Of a DNA stretch of 64,000 bases, positions 1-7,355 are shown piece after piece. A model generated the notes under the pieces. The model was not told the origin of the DNA. It made no database searches and saw only the letters and a list, made by a program, of their open reading frames with translations. Numbering within the stretch: position 1 is the first letter of the stretch; each line of letters opens with the position of its first letter. The stretch covers positions 6,813-70,812 of the forward strand of contig CAMXIK010000018.1 in the NCBI GenBank assembly GCA_947243855.1, in the 5' to 3' direction. This DNA is from an uncultured Lachnospiraceae bacterium (GTDB taxonomy: Bacteria; Bacillota; Clostridia; Lachnospirales; Lachnospiraceae). The position numbers and the translations under genes were made by a program.

Positions 1-202
1 TGCCGCGCCCGCCTTTTTCCAATGCCGCCTCCGTGTCCCGTCAGCGGCCGCGCGCCTGCCCCTGTGTGCCGCCGCACCTTTGCCGGGATACAGCGGCCTT
101 TGGCGGCAGGCCGCCCCGGCCGCCATCCCCCGCCCTGTGCGGCATCCGTATGGGCGGCGCGCATTCCCGCAGGACACACGGCGGCAGAGGTAAGCGGCAG
201 GC

Positions 203-406
203 TCACGTTTCTTTCTTACGGAAGGCGGGTGTAAAGCGGAAGCCGCCGGAAACGATGGCACGGTAGCCGTTCTCTGTCTGCACGGGTTTTTCTTTCAGAT
301 AATCCAAGGCATACCACCGCGCCATCTGCCTTTTGTCCGTGCTGATAATGCAGGTCTCCCCGTTTTCCAGTCCCAGTGCATGGAACACCTTAACGTCCTT
401 CCCCAT
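203..406 (-). CDS. Hypothetical 67-aa protein of the element
   Basis: ORF overlaps the FtsK stop region and is co-oriented with it; no recognised motif. Confidence 0.5.
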   Translation of the reverse strand: MGKDVKVFHALGLENGETCIISTDKRQMARWYALDYLKEKPVQTENGYRAIVSGGFRFTPAFRKKET

Positions 407-1715
407 AAGAATCCCCCCTGTCCTTCAATCCTTTCAGAACCTCTGCACATTCCTCTATGTTCTGGGGGAGCAGGGGCGTTTCGATATAGGTCAGCCCGCC
501 GGTCTTGGGGGTGAGTGCATAGCCTTTCCCCACGCCGCCCCTATACACGCTTCCTATCTCTTTCTTGTACACAAGGGTCGCCTGATGAAAGGTCTCCTCG
601 GAGACCAGCTTCCCTAAGATAATGCGCGTCTGGCACTGCTCCGTAATGGATTTAGGCAGGTCAGTGGCATTTAACTTCTGCGCCGTAATGATAACCGCAA
701 ACCCTGCGGCCCTGCCCTTCAATGCAAGCTGTCCCAAAAGACGTTCTATCTCTTTCTTATCTTCTTTGTCCGCGGAAGACAGCACGGACAGGATTTCGTC
801 AAAAATGAGAAAATGTCCCGGCATTCCTTTTTTCCGGAAATCCGTCACCCCAGAGTCATAAGTGTAAAACGTGGAATAATACCTTTTTTCCATCTCTTCC
901 ACAAGTCCGGTGAGCATCTGGATGATTTCTTCTGTCGTTGTGGCAACCGGTACACCGGCGTAGCGGAATATCATACTTAAGTCGGCGCTTTTCGCGTCGA
1001 TCACATACAGCCTGTGGAGTCTGTTCAAAATCATGCCGCCCAGATAGGCTAAAAAACATGTCTTCCCTGCACCGCTTGGGGCAATCAGCATTATGTGGAG
1101 GGCTTCACTTATGAAATCCCATACCACATCGTCATAAATGGGAACCGGCTCGTAACTCCGCCTTGGTCTGTTACTGCCCGTCCATTCCGTTATTCCTTCC
1201 TTCATCTTCTGCAGGCCGTCAAAGCGTTCGGGAGGACAGCCGAAGATACAGACTGCCCGCATGTCCGCTTCCTCATATTTGAGCAGGGGCACTCCCAGAT
1301 ATTCCGACAGCCGCCGCCCTATGTCCGCCGTATCTTTTTCCAGTCCTTTCGGGTAAAGGACGGCGGTAACCTTTCCGTTTTCTACGCCGTACTGCCACTG
1401 GACAAAATAGCGCAGAAGCCCGTCCCCTTCCGAGCGCAGGAACATCCGGGTAAAAAGAATCAGTTCTTTACGGATTTTCAGCCATCCCACGGGCGAATAC
1501 CGGGACAACAGCCATACCGACAGGGCAAGGGTCATCAGAAGGACAAGGCCGGATAAAAACATGGCCTGCAACAGCCGCCGGATGGCGGGAGGGGCAGTCA
1601 CGCCGCTCCCTCTTACAATGGCGGGGAAACCCACCGACAGCAGGGATATAAACAGGAAAGACTGCTTCAAAGCCGTTACAGCCTTACCGTCTGTCCTTAT
1701 CTTCAAAGTGCGCAT
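390..1715 (-). CDS. FtsK/SpoIIIE-family ATPase, TcpA/Tn916-Orf21-like coupling protein
   Basis: Two N-terminal hydrophobic segments, Walker A APSGAGKT, Walker B FLIFDE, GRAAG and Q-sensor motifs. Confidence 0.85.
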   Translation of the reverse strand: MRTLKIRTDGKAVTALKQSFLFISLLSVGFPAIVRGSGVTAPPAIRRLLQAMFLSGLVLLMTLALSVWLLSRYSPVGWLKIRKELILFTRMFLRSEGDGLLRYFVQWQYGVENGKVTAVLYPKGLEKDTADIGRRLSEYLGVPLLKYEEADMRAVCIFGCPPERFDGLQKMKEGITEWTGSNRPRRSYEPVPIYDDVVWDFISEALHIMLIAPSGAGKTCFLAYLGGMILNRLHRLYVIDAKSADLSMIFRYAGVPVATTTEEIIQMLTGLVEEMEKRYYSTFYTYDSGVTDFRKKGMPGHFLIFDEILSVLSSADKEDKKEIERLLGQLALKGRAAGFAVIITAQKLNATDLPKSITEQCQTRIILGKLVSEETFHQATLVYKKEIGSVYRGGVGKGYALTPKTGGLTYIETPLLPQNIEECAEVLKGLKDRGDSYGEGR

Positions 1716-1727
1716 TTCCCTTCCCCC

Positions 1728-2156
1728 TTACTTTACTTCTTCCAGTCTGGTGACGATCAGTTTCAGCCCTTTCGCGGCATAGCCGCCGAACTTCCCGCCG
1801 CTCATATTTGCTGTCGGGGCGAACTTGTAGTCAATGAGACGGTACTTTTTGTTGACTGCCGCCACGGGGTCTAAGGCTGTGTTGAGCAGGGTCACTTCAA
1901 AGCTTACGGCATCTTCGATTGTTGTGCCGCCCATGACCCCGATCTTCTGGGTGGTATCCTTTGTCTCTCCGTTCTGAAAGGGATTCCTCAGGCTTTTTAC
2001 GGTCACCACGTCCGGCACCGGGAAACGACGCCGGAATACTTTCTGCACGTCCTCTTCCTCAAACGCTTCTTTGAGGCGTATCTCTGCGGGGCTAATGTAC
2101 ACAGCCTTCCCGTCAGGGAGGTTTGCATTTGCTTCCATAATTTTTTCATTACTCAT
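1728..2156 (-). CDS. Hypothetical protein, possibly an OB-fold/ssDNA-binding helper
   Basis: 142 aa, beta-rich pattern, directly upstream of the coupling protein, where Tn916 orf22/23 and ICEBs1 helP sit; fold is inferred from position. Confidence 0.5.
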   Translation of the reverse strand: MSNEKIMEANANLPDGKAVYISPAEIRLKEAFEEEDVQKVFRRRFPVPDVVTVKSLRNPFQNGETKDTTQKIGVMGGTTIEDAVSFEVTLLNTALDPVAAVNKKYRLIDYKFAPTANMSGGKFGGYAAKGLKLIVTRLEEVK

Positions 2157-2290
2157 AATTTTTTCCTTCCTTTCCTGTGTGTACTGTTTTTAGCTGTCAT
2201 AAACAGTCTAGGGCAGAGCGTGGCCGGTCACCCGGCCATCTTTTTCCCGCTCTGCCATTTTTTCTATAACAGCCTCAACATGCCCCGGCC

Positions 2291-2641
2291 TTAGTGCGTT
2301 CTGTCAATCGTGCCCTCATCTATAAGATCAGAGAGTTTACACCGAAGCGCATGTGCTATATTTATAGCTGTTTTTAATTTGATATTATCGCTGTTGCCGG
2401 ACAGGTAGTCCTTATAAGTAGACAGCCCTATTCCCGCCTTCTCGGCCAGTTTCTTCTGGGTGTATTCACTGGAAACATTCAGACGTTCCTGCCGCAGGTA
2501 TTCTACTTTTTCCATAAAAGCCTTCATCCAACGGTAGTCTTCTGTATCGCCCATTTCGCGTTCAGCAATTACGTCATTTTTTAAATCCTGTTCCAGTTCT
2601 GCCTGTGTCTTTTTGATTACATGTATACTTTGTCTATCCAT
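2291..2641 (-). CDS. XRE/Cro-C1 helix-turn-helix regulator
   Basis: TQKKLAEKAGIGLSTYKDYLSG...LKTAINIAHALRCKLSDL is a typical XRE HTH. Confidence 0.85.
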   Translation of the reverse strand: MDRQSIHVIKKTQAELEQDLKNDVIAEREMGDTEDYRWMKAFMEKVEYLRQERLNVSSEYTQKKLAEKAGIGLSTYKDYLSGNSDNIKLKTAINIAHALRCKLSDLIDEGTIDRTH

Positions 2642-2776
2642 ACAAGTTTCCTTATATGGTGCGCACCTTGATTCTCCTTTCGTTTTTTAGTCGATACCGG
2701 TATCTTTTTTGTTACATCTGCCGCATTTGCAACTACAGTAGTTTGTTAACTTTTTGTTAACTTTTGAACAAATTGC

Positions 2777-2805
2777 TTGACAGCATATCCAAAAAACGCT
2801 AGCAT
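2777..2805 (+). promoter_or_regulatory. sigmaA-type promoter facing away from the XRE gene
   Basis: TTGACA-17 nt-TAGCAT; tandem TGTTAACT repeats just upstream (2744-2762) could be operators. Confidence 0.5.
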
Positions 2806-2889
2806 TACATCTTGTAGAGATGTAGAAGATAGGACGGAAGACAGGAGATAAGCTGTTAAACAATTTTTATTCAAAAGAAAAAAGGGGCG

Positions 2890-2934
2890 CGGGGTTACCC
2901 CGGGAAAGGCGGTTAGGCGTACGCCTAACCGCCT
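2890..2934. repeat. Two adjacent palindromes: CGGGGTTACCCCG and a perfect 28-bp AGGCGGTTAGGCGTACGCCTAACCGCCT
   Basis: Read directly from the sequence. Confidence 0.9.
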
Positions 2935-3044
2935 ATACACGATATAAAAAATTTAAAGTTAGAATAATATAGAAGGATATAAGAAATGTGGAAGAGAGGA
3001 CAGAAAGCCTCCCTTTTTTATTTCATAGGATTTCGTAGGATATG

Positions 3045-3084
3045 AAAAAAGAAAGAACCGCCTGCCATTGCTGTAGACGGTTCT
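3045..3084 (-). terminator. Rho-independent terminator of the secreted-protein gene
   Basis: Stem AGAACCGCCT/AGACGGTTCT followed by a U-tract on the minus strand. Confidence 0.7.
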
Positions 3085-3117
3085 CGTGATTTATCTTGTT
3101 TCTATGTATGGATTCTT

Positions 3118-3798
3118 TTACTGCTGTACGGGAACTGTGGACAATGCCAGTGCGCCGTTTATCTTGATGCCGCTCACGCCAAGGGTGGTGGACAGGTAGG
3201 TTACATCGCCTTTGCTCACTTTTACCGTGTAGCCGGTAGCGTCAACGCCGTCTGCAAGCGACATATTCAGATACCAGAGGTTGTCTTCACCCTGCGCCAC
3301 CGCTACGGTCTTGTATGCTACGGTATTGCCGTCAGCGTCCGCCACTGCAAGAACTGCCACAATATTGCCGCAGTGCATTACCTGATAGGATGTATGTGCG
3401 GCATTCTCAACGATGCGGAAAGTCTGGCCGTCCCCGGCATTGGTCGTGAAGCTGTGGGGAACGCTTACGGGTGCGGGAGATGCAGAACCGCCACCGTTGG
3501 AACCATTATCAGAAGAGCCGCCGACATAGCCGGAACCGCTGTTGGAAGAACCGCTGTCATGGGAGCCGCTGTTGGAACTGCTTTCGTGGGAACTGGAACT
3601 GTCACTGGAAGAACTGGAGCCGCTGTCAGAGGAACTGGAACTACTCCAATAATTGTCAGGCATTGAGCCATAATCCGTATCATCTTCTGCACCACTATTG
3701 AACCCCAATGCATGGGTTGTAATGGATGTTGCCGGGGAAGCTGCGAAAAGCCCCAGTGCAAAAGCTGATGCCAAAATCCTGTAAATGTTTTTCTTCAT
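3118..3798 (-). CDS. Secreted protein with a Ser/Gly-rich linker and a C-terminal beta-rich domain
   Basis: Signal peptide MKKNIYRILASAFALGLFAASPA; poly-Ser tract; start set at ATG 3798 after a GGAGG RBS. Confidence 0.75.
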   Translation of the reverse strand: MKKNIYRILASAFALGLFAASPATSITTHALGFNSGAEDDTDYGSMPDNYWSSSSSSDSGSSSSSDSSSSHESSSNSGSHDSGSSNSGSGYVGGSSDNGSNGGGSASPAPVSVPHSFTTNAGDGQTFRIVENAAHTSYQVMHCGNIVAVLAVADADGNTVAYKTVAVAQGEDNLWYLNMSLADGVDATGYTVKVSKGDVTYLSTTLGVSGIKINGALALSTVPVQQ

Positions 3799-3998
3799 AA
3801 TCTGTACCTCCGTGTTTTGTGTTTTGTTTTCTTTGGTTTTTTGAGCCGGAAATCCCGAACAGTTCAGCAGAGGGGGCATATTTTTAAGCCCCTCTGTGAA
3901 TCTGCCGAGATAAACAATAAGAAAGCGGCGCAGGATTTTTCTTTCCTACACCGCTGAAAATACAACACCATAAACCCAAGCACGCGCTCGTTTTCCCC

Positions 3999-4027
3999 TT
4001 GAAATAGTAGGGGAAATTCGCTATACT
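3999..4027 (+). promoter_or_regulatory. sigmaA promoter of a candidate small RNA
   Basis: TTGAAA-17 nt-TATACT. Confidence 0.55.
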
Positions 4028-4033
4028 TGACTT

Positions 4034-4120
4034 GGCGCATAAATAATATGCTGTGTGGGAGCCCTATTCTCCTGCATAGGGGTGTAGGGAATTGGCGTTC
4101 CCTACATCCTGCCTTTTATT
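4034..4120 (+). ncRNA. Candidate two-hairpin antisense/small RNA
   Basis: Follows the 3999-4027 promoter; hairpins CCCTAT/ATAGGG and GGGTGTAGGGAA/TTCCCTACATCC, then TTTT. Confidence 0.4.
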
Positions 4121-4136
4121 ATCTATCTCGTTTTTC

Positions 4137-4165
4137 ATTATACTGCTACTGCATCAAAATAGCAA
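4137..4165 (-). promoter_or_regulatory. sigmaA promoter, probably for the secreted-protein gene
   Basis: TTGCTA-17 nt-TATAAT on the minus strand. Confidence 0.6.
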
Positions 4166-4245
4166 GAAGAACTATTTTTCAAAAAGAACAAAAAAACGTA
4201 ACCAAGAGGGGATGCCATTGATGATATCCGCGTTAAAAAGCAGGA

Positions 4246-4602
4246 TTAAAATTCTCCAAATACATCCTTAAAAATATCATCACCATATTTGTCATATAAC
4301 TTTGCCGCTATATCATAACAATCATTATCATTTCTTTGTGAGATGACTATGATATTCATTATCATCTTGTTAACAACTAAAGTATAGACAACCCTTATTC
4401 CAATCTCCTTGTATTTTATTTTGAAAAATCCAGTTAAATCATTACCATTTTTGTTCCCTAATGGCTTTCCATAACCGTTTGGACTTGGTAATGGCGCTTT
4501 TGACACTTTTATGATACCGGCTAATACCTGCTTACGTATACTTCCATCAATTTTGCTGTAGTCTTTTTTAGCTTCATCTGTTATCCGTATGTTCCACCCC
4601 AT
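4246..4602 (-). CDS. RelE/ParE-family type II toxin
   Basis: W-x-I-x-I-T-D-E-A-K-K-D start, GYGKPL, KIK...IGIRVVY; 118 aa; 1-nt overlap with the antitoxin. Confidence 0.85.
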   Translation of the reverse strand: MGWNIRITDEAKKDYSKIDGSIRKQVLAGIIKVSKAPLPSPNGYGKPLGNKNGNDLTGFFKIKYKEIGIRVVYTLVVNKMIMNIIVISQRNDNDCYDIAAKLYDKYGDDIFKDVFGEF

Positions 4603-4952
4603 TATTCAAATTCCACACTTTCCGATACTTCTTCCAATTCTTCCATCGAAAAACCTTGTTCTTGTACAAAAGATTCAAAAGAAGATGTATTATCATTTGC
4701 TCTATTTTCTGCAAGTTTTAACAACTTGATATTCTCAATCTTTTCCAGTAACTCTTCTAATCTGGCAAGCTTTTTTTGTGTGTTCCTATATTCTTTTACC
4801 GATAATAATACAGCCGTTGGCTGATTATTTTTCAGCACAATATATTCATGATCATTCTCCGCCACATCACTAAAGATTTTACCTGCCTTGCCTTGACTAA
4901 AATCTGATATTGGGACAAGCCTCTCTGTTAACTCTAATAACGTTGTTTTCAT
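4602..4952 (-). CDS. Phd/YefM-family antitoxin
   Basis: LVPISDFSQGKAGKIF...YIVLKNNQPTAVLLSVKEY; start set at ATG 4952 after a GGAGG RBS. Confidence 0.85.
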   Translation of the reverse strand: MKTTLLELTERLVPISDFSQGKAGKIFSDVAENDHEYIVLKNNQPTAVLLSVKEYRNTQKKLARLEELLEKIENIKLLKLAENRANDNTSSFESFVQEQGFSMEELEEVSESVEFE

Positions 4953-5148
4953 GATTTCATCCTCCTGTTTCTCATTATATTCCATACATTTATGATACAC
5001 AATAGTCTGGCTAAAATTTACATCAATATTTATGTTATTATTTTACTCATTTTCTTGCATTTCTATTATATTGTAAATTATGTGCCCGTTGCATTCCTAC
5101 TTATCTATTGGTACAATGGGAACATCACTTAATGAGGAGGCACATTAC

Positions 5149-5532
5149 ATGATTTCAACTTATGAAGAGTATATAACCATGCCGGGGAGTCTTACCCTTG
5201 AAGAAATGCAGTCACTTCACAGGGAGATAAAAGAAGAAGTAGGCTATGATGAGGACGCTCTTGATCTTTACGCAGATCTGATTGACGCCGCCACGAAATA
5301 CTCCCCATATCGCGCAAACTGGAATTTCTGGGGCAGGGAAGAAAAAAGGGCGGAGGACTCCACGCGTACCTCACGCCATGATAGGGTGATTGACTGCTTC
5401 AATATACTCGAAAGATACCTGAAAAAACAAGGAAAATCCGCCGCATGGCATGAAACACTTGGGGAGGACAGGAAACGTATCGGTGATTTTGCGTGTTATC
5501 TTGTTTTTGCCGAAAGCCTGAACGCAAGATAA
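5149..5532 (+). CDS. Helical hypothetical protein (DUF3232-like, tentative)
   Basis: GAGGAGG RBS; RTSRHDRVID...RKRIGDFA resembles DUF3232 from memory; not verified by search. Confidence 0.6.
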   Translation: MISTYEEYITMPGSLTLEEMQSLHREIKEEVGYDEDALDLYADLIDAATKYSPYRANWNFWGREEKRAEDSTRTSRHDRVIDCFNILERYLKKQGKSAAWHETLGEDRKRIGDFACYLVFAESLNAR

Positions 5533-5559
5533 TAGATTTCTATTGCCCTACGGCGTATC

Positions 5560-5588
5560 TTGCAATCTATTTCTACATATGCTATAAT
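5560..5588 (+). promoter_or_regulatory. Promoter of the antitoxin RNA
   Basis: TTGCAA-17 nt-TATAAT with an extended TG motif. Confidence 0.75.
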
Positions 5589-5594
5589 GCCGAT

Positions 5595-5680
5595 AGGCAG
5601 ACAGAGGGATTACAATGATATCTGTCATCTTTAACACCAAAACGAAACCCCCAGAGAGGCACCTCTGAGGGTTTCTTGTT
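5595..5680 (+). ncRNA. Antisense antitoxin RNA (RNAII-like) of the Fst-type system
   Basis: Carries GGGATTACAATG, repeated at 5784-5795 inside the toxin 5' coding region, and ends at a bidirectional hairpin (5644-5680). Confidence 0.7.
5644..5680. terminator. Bidirectional terminator shared by toxin mRNA and antitoxin RNA
   Basis: GAAACCC-CCAGAGAGG/CCTCTGAGGGTTTC stem with T-rich tails on both strands. Confidence 0.7.
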
Positions 5681-5704
5681 CCTTTACGGGGAACCAGTCC
5701 GAGG

Positions 5705-5803
5705 CTAATTGCCATCGTTGTCACTGTCTAGCCATTTGATGATGTAGTGGCACACTACACCGCCCACGACAGTGACCAATAAAGGGATTACAATGTCCGA
5801 CAT
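5705..5803 (-). CDS. Type I toxin, Fst/Ldr family (32 aa; absent from the ORF track)
   Basis: Translates to MSDIVIPLLVTVVGGVVCHYIIKWLDSDNDGN: one TM helix, central Gly, KWL and a charged tail; G-rich RBS upstream. Confidence 0.85.
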   Translation of the reverse strand: MSDIVIPLLVTVVGGVVCHYIIKWLDSDNDGN

Positions 5804-5850
5804 CTTCTCCACCCCCTCTCCGTTGCCGGATTGGGTATGACAACAAGACA

Positions 5851-5879
5851 AGCATAGCATATCTTGTCGAAATTAGCAA
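5851..5879 (-). promoter_or_regulatory. Promoter of the toxin mRNA
   Basis: TTGCTA-17 nt-TATGCT with an extended TG motif. Confidence 0.65.
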
Positions 5880-6204
5880 AAACGTAATCAAGAGGGAATG
5901 AAAGATACTGCATCCTTTTCATTCCCTCTTTTTCCATTCTGCTTTGGCCTGCGCCCGCTATGTCAAGGGTTGCCCTGCGGCGTATCGCTTCGCTTGCCCC
6001 TTGACAAGCTTGTCTATCGCAGAATCTTGTTTGCTGTTTTGCGTAGAAACCGGTATAAACAAGAAAGGCCATATTGACAGTGTTGCTTTACTCATGTTAA
6101 GATACTTTGACGTTGAATGAATTGTTCGGTACGATTTCGGTACGGTGAGGGGATGAAGTGTTGAAATCCTCCTTTTTATCAGTGTTTTGGGGATTAGCAG
6201 GGTT

Positions 6205-6225
6205 TTCGATTCCCCTCGCCTGCTC
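6205..6225 (+). other. attR-like core: 3' fragment of a tRNA-Gly (T-loop to discriminator); not an intact tRNA
   Basis: TTCGATT-CCCCT-CGCCTGC-T-C gives T-loop, T-stem 3' strand, acceptor strand with G71-C72 and U73 (Gly identity elements); the 5' part of the tRNA is missing; terminator hairpin follows at 6243-6268. Confidence 0.65.
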
Positions 6226-6273
6226 TCTTTTTTTTGGTAAGGAAAGCCCGTAAAATGCGGGTTTTCTTTATTT

Positions 6274-6322
6274 TGCGCGCATAAGCAGAGTCGAAAGACT
6301 TACGAAGCGGGAATCATGCTGG
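6274..6322 (+). repeat. Dispersed REP/MITE-like repeat, partial copy
   Basis: TGCGCGCATAAGCAGAG is identical to 33262-33278; ACGAAGCnGGnATCATGCnGG is also shared. Confidence 0.7.
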
Positions 6323-6359
6323 CTCGCAAAGGAGCGACACGGGAAAGGAAACGAAAGCA

Positions 6360-7214
6360 ATGTGGGTCTGGTTAGTGCTGCTGTACGGCATTTTGAAGGG
6401 CGTGCGGGAGATTGTGAAGAAAAAGGCTTTAGAGAAAAACTCTACCATAGAGGTATTGTTTATGTACACTTTCCTGTCATTTGTAATGGTTCTGCCGTCT
6501 GCGGGGTCAGCGATGGGAACGGAGCCGCGCTTCTATTTTTATATTGCGTTGAAGTCTTTCGTTATTTTCTTGGCATGGATGTTTAGTTTCCGGGCGATTA
6601 AAAAAATGCCGATCAGCCTTTACGGGGTGCTGGATTTGTCGCGGGTGCTCTTTGCGACCATGTTTGGCGTAGCAGTGCTGCAGGAGACGCTTGGTTTCTT
6701 TCAGGTTATGGGGCTCATTCTCGTATCGGCCGGACTGCTTTTACTCAAATACCGGCCCGGCAGTATACGGGCGGCCGCTGCGGGGGATGCCGTGGAGGCG
6801 CGCTATGTGGTGATGGCTTTCGCTTCCTGCCTGTTAAATGCGGTTTCGGGGCTTTTGGATAAAATTTTAATGCGGGATATCACAAGTTCCCAGTTACAGT
6901 TTTGGTATCTGCTTTTTTTGACGGTGTTTTATCTGCTCTATATTTTGATTTCCCGCGCTCCGGTCAACTGGAAACGGGCGTTTTGTAATCGATGGGTTTG
7001 GCTGTTGAGCCTGCTGATCGTCATTGCGGACAGGGCGCTCTTTACGGCGAACGGTATGGAGGGCAGCCGTATCACAGTGATGACGCTTTTAAAGCAGGCA
7101 GGCTGTATTGTGACGATTTTGGCGGGGCGTTTTTTATTTCGGGAGAAAAATACCACCCACAAACTCGTTTGCGCAGCAGTGATCATTGCGGGAATTGTAA
7201 TCGGGGTCCGATAG
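6360..7214 (+). CDS. EamA/DMT-family transporter
   Basis: About 10 TM segments in two EamA-like halves (LQETL...G and FREK motifs). Confidence 0.85.
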   Translation: MWVWLVLLYGILKGVREIVKKKALEKNSTIEVLFMYTFLSFVMVLPSAGSAMGTEPRFYFYIALKSFVIFLAWMFSFRAIKKMPISLYGVLDLSRVLFATMFGVAVLQETLGFFQVMGLILVSAGLLLLKYRPGSIRAAAAGDAVEARYVVMAFASCLLNAVSGLLDKILMRDITSSQLQFWYLLFLTVFYLLYILISRAPVNWKRAFCNRWVWLLSLLIVIADRALFTANGMEGSRITVMTLLKQAGCIVTILAGRFLFREKNTTHKLVCAAVIIAGIVIGVR

Positions 7215-7355
7215 CGGAATGTGCCGTAAAAGTGACGAAATATGCCATAAACATAGTGGAATTATGATAAAAGTGTTGTCCCCTTCCAAGGCGGTATGGT
7301 ATACTAAACCATAACTTTGCATTTCATTTGACGGAACAAAAGAGGGAGGACGGAA

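Larger units (their letters stand above)
1..6225. mobile_element. Right arm of a tRNA-Gly-integrated integrative (mobilizable) element; left part, with the expected relaxase/integrase, lies outside the window
   Basis: FtsK/TcpA ATPase, XRE regulator and two TA systems, all ending at a tRNA 3' fragment (6205-6225) preceded by a TTCGGTACG tandem repeat and followed by a terminator. Confidence 0.75.

Noticed and set aside
2746-2940. 64-aa minus-strand ORF across the palindromes
   Set aside because: No RBS, runs through hairpins and an A/T tract, no motif; treated as non-coding
3520-3650. Short tandem repeats (GGAACT/GAACCGCT) as a possible array
   Set aside because: They are Ser/Gly codons of the linker in the secreted protein
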